From: Oopsacas minuta
Lineage: Eukaryota; Animalia; Porifera
Direction: 5' to 3'
NCBI GenBank assembly: GCA_024704765.1
Contig: JAKMXF010000307.1
Coordinates: 186,001-250,000, forward strand
DNA: 64,000 nt
Positions 55,181-64,000 of this stretch are shown piece after piece; positions within the stretch are counted from its first letter, which is position 1, and the number at the start of each line of letters is the position of its first letter. The position numbers were made by a program, and so were the translations under genes. The notes below the pieces were generated by a model. That model did no database searches. It had not been told where the DNA came from and worked only from the letters and a program-made list of their open reading frames with translations.

Positions 55181-55785
55181 TTTCGTATTCATAGTATGTA
55201 TATTCACTAATTCATTACGAATTTCAACTACTATTATCGCAAAATAAGAAATATACTAGTTTCTACTTTTCATATCAAAACCGTGTTTCAGGATATGGAA
55301 AATGAGGTATCTACCCAACATGAGGAAACTCGAAAATTCTTTATCTAGAATCTGTATTCGCTTTGTTTTGTTGGTCTTGGTACTTAATACATCTGTCACC
55401 GAATTTCGCTATCTTGAGCAGATTTTGATTTCCCTGAGTATTCGACTCTGTATATTATCTGTACAACAAATTGACTATCCAGATTTAACATTCAATCACT
55501 TAATGAATCATAGACTTAATTTCAAGGAAGGCCGTATATATAATGTGATCTTCCTTATCGTCGCAATTACACACATGTCTAGAATTCTTCTAATCCAGGG
55601 CTGTCCGACTAAAGGTCCGAAAATTTCAAATACACTGCCCCACTCATAAATTCTTTTTCGCTATTTCTTATCCTAAATTTACAAATCCACTGATGTCCCA
55701 TGTCTATTATCTGGTTGGTTGTTGGTTAATATTCTCTGAAGTTGTATACCATACCTGCTAACATTCACTTTGTCAACTTTATATA

Positions 55786-57126
55786 CAAAGTGTGCCAAAA
55801 GTCTTGGCCGGTTGCATTATGGTGGCTCACTTAAAATATTTCAAGGTCACAATATCTAATTAATTACCAATATAATCACCAGCTCTTTCTAAAACTAATT
55901 TCATTCGAGTAGGCATCCCATCCATCAGGTTTCGAATTAAGTTCGGTGAAATCGTCTTCCATGCCGTTTTTAGGTTTGCCATTAGGAACTGAATCGTGGT
56001 GACATGGCCCATTTCATCCAACCGTTCATATAAAATACCCCAAAGATTTTCAATTGGATTCAAGTCGGGGGAGTTAGCTGACCACTTCCCTTTCTTCCAA
56101 AACTGAGGGAACTTCTCTGAACACCACTGCCGCGTGACATTGGCTGTGTGCAGGGGCACAATCCTGCATGAACAGAAATTCCGACATGTTTTCCAACATG
56201 GACCTCTCAATAACGGGCCCCTTTTTAGCTTTACGAGCGATTGCATCGAGACAGGTTTTCTTCAATATTTCGTTCCTATAGTAGGCTCCATTGACGGTCT
56301 GTTTTTGAGGTACAATGTGCAGTTCTGACAGCGCTCTGTGTGACATCATTCCCGAGACCATAATTTTCGCTGCGAATTTGACCTGAAAAATAGGCTCATA
56401 ATTTTGTGAACCAATTGCCCATACTCGATCATTCTGTCTGTTTGGCGAATGAATAACTCAAATGGTGATTCATCAGACCAGAACACATTTTTCCAATCAT
56501 CGAAAGAGTAATTTTCATGATCCCGAGCGAAATTCAATCGATTTCCTTGATTGTTTGTGTAATTTTTGGCCATTTGGGACGTTAGAGGGTCTAGCATCAA
56601 GCTTTTGTGCTAAGTGGAGCTGAATTGTCATGTGAGATATGGGGTTTCCTCTTATAGATAGCCTCCTCGACAATTTTCGAGCTGATTGCCTCCTTTTCCC
56701 CAAGGATTTCTTAATCACTATTCGTGATACCCGTTTCAAAATTTGAGGCCGTCCAGATCGAGGTTTAGTCTCCATAGTTTCACCGCATTTGCGTTGACTC
56801 CACCATCTCCGTACTGATCTTACTCCAACATTTAGACGTCTAGCTACCTCTTTTTGAGTAATGCCTCCTTCAAGCATCCCAATTGCTTTAGAACGGACCT
56901 CGACTCCGTGATCACCGACATTCATTTTCCTGAAAAAAACTGGTATGGTAAATATACTAAAAAAAATTTCAAGGAGTGTTGAAGATATTCAATATGCCTA
57001 TAGTATAAATGTAGTTACTATATAGTAACTATCAGTCAACAAGCATTTCCGTTGTATGCTATAATTCCTAGGATATATTGAATCTATCTAGGATTGAGAA
57101 CCGGCCAAGACTTTTGTTACACCCTC
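55786..57126 (-). mobile_element. Tc1/mariner-superfamily element with DD37E spacing, full length, inactivated
   Basis: TIR ..GTGT(GC/AA)CAAAAGTCTTGGCCGGTT. PRSGRP, VFWSDESPFELF, LFMQD.APAHTANVT...NSPDLNPIENLW (37 residues after frameshift repair). Confidence 0.88.
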
Positions 57127-57329
57127 ACAAACTGCAGCTATTATTCAATTTGACGAAATACACAAATATTTAACTAGATTATAATCATCATTCTACTATA
57201 TATATCCTCGTTTACTTTGGGCAGTCACCAAGTTCCCATCTTTGTTTAATTTCTGGACACTACAATAACTTACTAATCAAATTTCTACATAAAATATTCG
57301 GATTACTCCCCTCTACATCTATACATAGT

Positions 57330-58140
57330 TGTAGCCTTTCAACCCACTTCGAAAATAAGTTTTTATACTCGTCTCTGTCCACTGAAATGAGGTAGTTGTA
57401 TAATCCGTTTCCTAGCTCTTGTTGGGTATGAAATAGTCGTCCTTCAAGATGTTTTTCGGCTCATGAAATAGCCAAAAATCACAAGGTGATAGATCTGGGG
57501 AATACGGACGATGTTGTATCGATTCAACCTGATATCCTCAACGACTTCCCTAACGTTTTTGAAACATGAGGTCTGGCATTATCGTGGAGAAAATTGATTC
57601 CTCAGGTTCGTGGACGCGGACATTGTGTTTTATAGACTTCTTAACATCTCAAGGGAATTATTGACCTAAAATTTCTCCATTGAGTCGTCTCCTTTAGGCA
57701 CAGCTATTTGAACACTGACCCATACGCATCAAAAATATGCTGTAGAAAACATATCGTCTCGGAAGTCTGGACGTGCCTTTTCGGGATCAGAACCTTTGGG
57801 GGCCACGATTTGCTTTGTTCATTACTCAGAGGTTCAGAACATTACATCCAAGTTTCATCACCAGTAACGATTTCATATAACCTTCGAAAATCACAATCTC
57901 TATATTCTTTAACAACTCTTTTCCGGATGAAACCCTCTTCTTTTTGCCTCTTTGTGAATATTTTTGGTATCCATCCGCTGAAATTTTCGATATTTGAGTT
58001 ATTCGTGTAGAATTGTATGTACCCTTCCCGATGAGATTTCCAGGATTAAGGCAATCTCTCCGACGCTCAAATAGGGGTCAATATCCATAAGTTCCAGAAA
58101 TTCAGAGGCAATACCGGGTGGGAGCTGAAATTGGTCATCC
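57330..58140 (-). mobile_element. mariner remnant
   Basis: Minus strand IVTGDETWM..SEP...QSKSW; C-terminal HRPYSPDLSPCDF near 57480-57520. Confidence 0.7.
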
Positions 58141-59429
58141 GGTCCGAGTGGCATCTTCAATGCTACCTCTACCAGCCCTTAACTTTCGTGCCAAATCCTT
58201 TAAGCTAACCTGTGTTTGTATTTTGTAATTTAGCTGATTTGTTTACTTTATATTCATATAACCAGCAATAAATTTTCATATGATTAATCCAAATGCTTGA
58301 AAATCGGATTCTGCTTGGATTGTTGGATAGAGGATATCATAAGACAATCCATCAGTTAACGTCTGATAGAAAGAGCTGATGAGCTTCAATGTAAAGCAAA
58401 GGTTTGGGATTACACACGAACCTGCAAGTAGCATTGACTTTTCCTGCAGAAACTTTACATTCTTGTCTAAGGATTTTAGATTGGTCCTTGAACTTCATCT
58501 ACCGAGGTGCAGCAGGGAAGTCCAAGTGGATTGAGGACCAAATGGTATGAGATTATCGAAGTTTAGTTTGCAAGCGTATCCATGAGCTTACGAACTTAGT
58601 ATCCTACCAACCATAAAGAAGTGGGAACGCAAGTATTGTTAACTTGGCAAGAACATTTTTCATATAAAAAACTGTGTTTAGGATCCCTTTATCGTTTGTA
58701 CCAAATGTTTATAGAGATGCTCTAACTGAAGTTCACTAGAATTTATCTGCATTACTCAGAGTTTGCTAATATTAGTGAAGTTGTTCATATAGACAAATTT
58801 CTTGTGTTAAGTCAAGAAACCTACTTACTGATCTTCCCTATCATTCCCTGGGTATCTATTAGCAATACAATCCGCAAATTTTTGGCTCATGCTTGTTGGT
58901 TTATTGAGAGAAATGACATGGTACGATGTGTAGTCTTTCTGAAGAAGGATTAGAACGAGGACATGAGTTGAAGTGATGTTGCAATGAGGCTCTACATCTA
59001 TTGTTATCCAATTCTGGATGAAAACTTTTGAAAGACCAGCATTTCTTCCACGTGCGGTCAAGTAGGCCATAAAAGGAATTGTGGAAAAACAGGAAAACAT
59101 AAAACGTGACAAATTTGATTGACAATTAGGATTACCTGCCTTCAAAATTCCATAGATAAACTCTTCTTGCATATAATTTATTCATCAATAAGATGCTCAT
59201 ATGTTAGTTATTCTTCAGCTATATTCAATTGTCTTCGGATAAGTTAAGTAAATATCCAGATTTCTTTATTACTTTATATGGTAATTAAGATTACGTCATA
59301 TATTGAAAACCTGATGTGATACAACAAAATTGTATGAAAAAATTTAGTCAACCAACGAACAGCAATAGTCTATTTACTCTACAGTAATAATGTATTGTAC
59401 AAGTCCGTATCTAAATTTAACGCGTAAAA

Positions 59430-60290
59430 TCCTAATATTTGTAATTCGGATTAATAGCCACTGTGGATTCAGATTACTTTGTATATGGTTATAAATTCTG
59501 TGGCTACCAGATCCATCTAAGCCATGCGCCAGTTTGAGAGTTAGAGGAGATTAACTGGAATCTACAAGTTGAATTGTTTCTAGGATACGCTCAGTTGTCT
59601 TCTGGACTTGTTGATAGTATGATATGCCAACTCCTATGGAAAATCCAAAGTCATCACGGGCAATCTTTATTTCATTGACGAGTAACTTATCAGAACCGAA
59701 CTTGGCAATGTTCTGATACGCAGGTAGTATGACTTGTTCGTAAAGCCACAATTGGCGAAATTCTGTATATTTTCTCTTTCCTATTTCACGAGTTCTAACA
59801 TTATAGGCTGCTTTAGTCAAGGAAATTCTCTTCTTGATTGTGAAAATGTTCCTTTCGTGGCAATTTCTTTTAATACATTTGAAGTTTCACGATTCAAACA
59901 ATCGTTAAGTACTAACTACAGCAATAAGCAGTAATTGTTTTGGCATCAAATCCTCTTGATCAGCAACAAATTGGAGGTGATCGAATAATTTGGACAAATT
60001 TTTCTGATAGCTTGAAGCGTAAGCTGAATCAGTGGTTTCCAACTTTCACATTTATCGTCAATAAATACAATTGTATAGTGGAAATATATGGTGTGATCTA
60101 CCAATTTACGTTTCTTGGGGGTGTTGCTCCTTCACCACTGGGTTGTAAAACAAGATACTCTCCCATGTCATAAGGTCCTTAATCCTCACGAAACTCTTTC
60201 GTGAATAGTTCAGGGTTGCAAATTTTCGGCGGAATACATTTACACTTTACCTACGCTGAAAAAGGCCTATGCACCACCTTTGTAATTTGG
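59430..60290 (-). pseudogene. Transib/RAG1-core-like transposase, N-terminal half up to the first catalytic Asp
   Basis: FRRKFATLNYSRKSF, TPKKRKLVD, EIGKRKYTEFRQL...VILPAYQNIAKF, TTERIL, LKLAHGLDGSGSHRIYNH (cf. Transib KWG.DGS...YKQ). Confidence 0.6.
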
Positions 60291-60599
60291 ACCATGGATT
60301 AAAGGAAGGCTATTGTTAAAATTTTATTGGTCAGATATGCTATTAAATTTATGTTCAACGATTTAGAAATGATATTGAAAAGTAAATACATAATATTATG
60401 ATTATATTGAGGTAGGAAAATACAATACAAATCTGAGTAGGTAAGTTAAGAGTGTTAATAATGGGTATAAATGGTAGAATAGTGCTTAACAAAGATATAG
60501 GTGCAAATGCATAATCTAAATCTACTAACAGCGTTCCCCAACTTCCTCCATTCAAATACATTGAAATTTCTTCAATTTCCTGGTATTTTCAGAATGAAA

Positions 60600-61380
60600 T
60601 TCATGTATAGAATTCATGTTCTTTATTAAATTAGAGAGGAAGCAGATAGTGGCTAATCTGATTAACTTTCTAGGATATCCCAACCAACTGTATTACAAAT
60701 TGGACAGCTAGCCCTTCAGCTCTCACTGTCCTCTTCTTCAATGATTTTGGCTTAATTTTCATGATATATTACCCGAATGGTCCCTTAACAATATCTTTGA
60801 AAGTGAAGGGCGATCTCCAATCGATTTACAAATCTTCCATAAGGAAACAATTACTTCGAATGCATAAGTAGATGGCCATTTCAGTGAATTTCGATCAAAT
60901 GACTGCAAGAGTGTGTAAGATGATTCGAGTCATTCTCCAATTTCCATTTCTTTAGCTTCGGTGATAAAAGTTAAACAGGCTTGACAACGGTTTGATTTCT
61001 TAAAGTAGAATGAATTATGTACCCAGCAATTAATGCAAGTGCTTGAAGTATTTGCGTAGTAACAGAAATATCTGAATAATTATGTAGGGAAGATATGAAC
61101 TGCACAAGATCTAACGCTGGAAAGCATTGATTTCTAGAGGAGTAAAATAGAGCCAGTAGCCTCGCCAATGGAAAGTTGTTCTGTTGAAGTCCGACTAGAA
61201 AATAATTTTAATATACTTGATAATTTGATACGTCTTCCACTTTCGAGAATTTTACAATAGCTAATATGGTCCCGAATATCGGACACTATTCTGTATAAAC
61301 CAAAATTGTGTTCGAGTAGATCATTTTGTAGGAAAGAAGTGAGAACATAAGTAAAACCCAATCTTATATTAGCTGGTTAA
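60600..61380 (-). pseudogene. P-element-like transposase C-terminal remnant
   Basis: YVLTSFLQNDLLEHNFGLYR, ALIAGYI, DRNSLKWPS. Confidence 0.65.
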
Positions 61381-61381
61381 T

Positions 61382-62374
61382 TACATTAGTCAACAAACAA
61401 TTTGTTGACCAAGATGTTAGATCCGTTTCTAGGCATATTGACTCCGAGGAATCTAAAAATGGCATCGGCTTATCCGAATTGGCTCTAGTCTTTGCGGTAC
61501 TTAATGTTAAATTTGGCGTGATAAGTATAAAAATAGTGAAAATATACTACACATAATTTTCTCGTATTAAAAGTGGCATGGTGTTCCAGTGGTGACATTC
61601 AACTTTTTATGCTTCCAAGTGTAACATTTGAATTATTGAAATTAGTAGTCTTTGATTGTAACTATTAATCCCAAAATCAAAAATTTGGGAAGTATAATTT
61701 TATCATCATAGTTATTCCGTATTAAATACATTTATCATTATTAAAGCAATTAATCAGTTAAAAATATTAATATTAAAAAGAATAGTGAACTTGTATTTGA
61801 AGAACTTTTAAAAATCGTCTCATATTTGATTTTCTGTTATGGGATGTCAAAGGGCAATCTCACTGGGGCTCCAAAAGTAATGTGCTATCTTGTGGCTATC
61901 CCACCTGCCTTAATATCTCTCTTCAATGACCTTGATGTCCTTATGAAATCTTTGCCCTGTTCCTCACCTAAATCCCCAATGTTTTCAGGGAAACGATCCA
62001 ATTGGCTAAATGGATAATGAACCTTGATGCTCATGATAACATCTAAATCATTAAATTTGTAAAGCATATCATTGACCAATCTATGTAGCTGTTAGCTATA
62101 GTATTACTCACGAAGTTATTGATTACCAAAACAAATGCACACCACGCAGAAGACCATAAATAAGTCATGGATTGGACGAAACCAGTGTTTTTAATGAGAC
62201 TGCGGATCTGAGGACCCATCAAAAATCCCTGCTTTCAGTTTTTGATTGCTCATTCTGGAATGATCTGCAAATGTACTTGAAACTGGGGCCGCCTGTATCT
62301 AAAGATTTTACGAACTGCTTCATTAAGCCCAATTTGATGTGGAAGTGAGGAATAATGAGTTTTTCTCTAGAAAC
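61382..62374 (-). mobile_element. Chapaev3 3' half (partner of 50115-51429, inverted)
   Basis: Begins VSREKLIIPHFHIKLGLMKQFVKSLD immediately after an hAT TIR; continues to LDRFPENIGDLGEEQG and the terminal region. Confidence 0.85.
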
Positions 62375-62450
62375 CAGTGGCGTCGTGCTCTATGGGCCCG
62401 GGGGGGCTCGGGCCCCCCCAAATTTCATGAGCGCCTCCAGATAATTTATT
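62375..62450. mobile_element. Isolated hAT terminus matching the TIR at 51430
   Basis: CAGTGGCGTCGTGCT versus CCGTGGCGTCCTGCT, each followed by a G-run subterminal motif. Confidence 0.75.
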
Positions 62451-64000
62451 TCCCCCTATAGACTAATGCTTTTTGCTTTTGGTCTTGATGCATACTACTG
62501 ATAGTTACATCATGTACATAGGCCAACCCTTAATTTTTTGTTTTATATATCAATTTAGAACATTATTTAATTCTTTTTTCCTAACTTTCGTATTTATAGA
62601 GTTAGGCATAAGTTCTGCAACATCTCTGAAAGTGATTGCGCAGTTTGTAAAATATCCATATATCAGCATATTCATGTTCAATTCAGTTTTACTAAAAAAC
62701 ATTTCTAGACTAATGAATTTACCATCATCTGCCCAGACGTTTATTGTTTGAAATAACAAGAGAAGTACAGTTACCTGAATTAGTGGTCAATTGCGGTACT
62801 ACCAAACGACTTGTTGGAATCCAACCTTCAACAAATTCCTTGTTCTTGAACGTGCGAATAAAGGAAAAGTTAGATAAGGATTGATAGAGTACTCTAACAA
62901 TATCTCTAGCCTTCAATGCGATACAATCAATTCCATCATATAAAGCTGAATCAATATCAGAAACAACAACAAATATCTAAGGAGTTGTAACGATTATATC
63001 AAACATAATCAAAAAGTGAAGAGTAATTTTACGAAAATAAATTTTCTAAATTTAGGATAGGGCACTAAAAAGAAATTAAATAAGAAGACAAGAAAATCAC
63101 TAAAAGAGAACAGTGGGTAAGTTAATCAAAACACAAAAGATTTCAGTGAACCTTCGAGAAAAATATGATACTCAGTTTTATAACAAATGGTAAGCTGTTA
63201 AATTCACTGGAAAATCCAGGAAGTAGATAGATAAATCCCCACCGGAAAAATTTAGATGATATGGAATAATACTGGTAATGAAAAATAATTCCATAAGACT
63301 GAAATAGTAGGTCTACTTGCAAAGAGTAAGTTTAGGATCGAATCATTCCAATCTCAACCTCGAAATCAATCTTTATCAAGTTCTCAAGTATATTCCTTAA
63401 ATTGGTCTATGGACGGATTCTACGTGAGCTATAACAGTGAGTATGTATAAGTAATAATAGCAAGACGGTATACATATTCCTTATGATACTTATGTCACAG
63501 TTGAATTAAAACAAATAAGTAGAGAATTTCTCTGTATTTTACCTTGTGCTGATACATACAAATATTCATCTACACCACAAGACAGTGTAAGTAAACATAC
63601 AATCGACAACTCTCCAAGCCAAATGAGTAGTACTAAATTAAAGAAAAAAATCGAAATTGAAGGGACATGTGAGCAAAAAGGGAAGTAATAGTGGATTCGT
63701 CGAGGCGGTGAAGGATTAATTGTACTCTAGGGGAAGGTAAGTGTATTAAAGAAGTAAGGAGGGAATATATTATTGATATGGAATATACAGGGTTGGGCAT
63801 AAGTTCTGCCACATTTTTAAATAACTATATTTTCCGATTGATATATTGTATTATGTTGAAATTCGGTATGTACTACTTAAATATAGTATATAGATTCGCA
63901 GATACGTTAATTATTCGATGTATCCTCCTTTTCTTTCAATTACAGCCTTTAGTCTCTTAGGGAAGGCCTCTACAGCGGCACGGAGTATTTCTTGGGGTAT

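Noticed and set aside
58300-59170. Possible DIRS-type RT remnant (GLSKVFIQNWITID...)
   Set aside because: Resemblance is too weak; no YLDD or other diagnostic motif was seen.
62473-63500. Possible LINE endonuclease remnant on the minus strand
   Set aside because: Only vague motif similarity (SGGDLSIY, TTNSGNCT); not supportable.

Overview
An AT-rich, eukaryotic (most likely invertebrate animal) genomic window made up almost entirely of transposable elements and their decayed remains. I found no convincing host gene, RNA gene or CRISPR array. Cut-and-paste DNA transposons dominate: Tc1/mariner elements of four catalytic spacings (DD34D, DD37D, DD37E, DD41D), one full-length Chapaev element (4-bp TSD, RAG1-N-terminal-like Chapa zinc motif), several Chapaev3 elements (3-bp TAA TSD), hAT elements (ZMYM1-like and Buster-like), P-element/THAP-like transposase pseudogenes, a Transib/RAG1-core-like fragment and several MITEs. 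Older LINE and gypsy debris lies mostly between 20 and 33 kb. Every transposase examined carries stops or frameshifts. The most informative structures are: (i) a Chapaev3 element split by an hAT insertion whose two halves, matched by an 8-bp TSD and a continuous reading frame, now face opposite ways about 10 kb apart, implying an inversion; (ii) a mariner split by two independent Chapaev-superfamily insertions; (iii) a near-identical inverted pair of dead P-like fragments about 47 kb apart. All family assignments come from motif recognition by eye, with no database searches.
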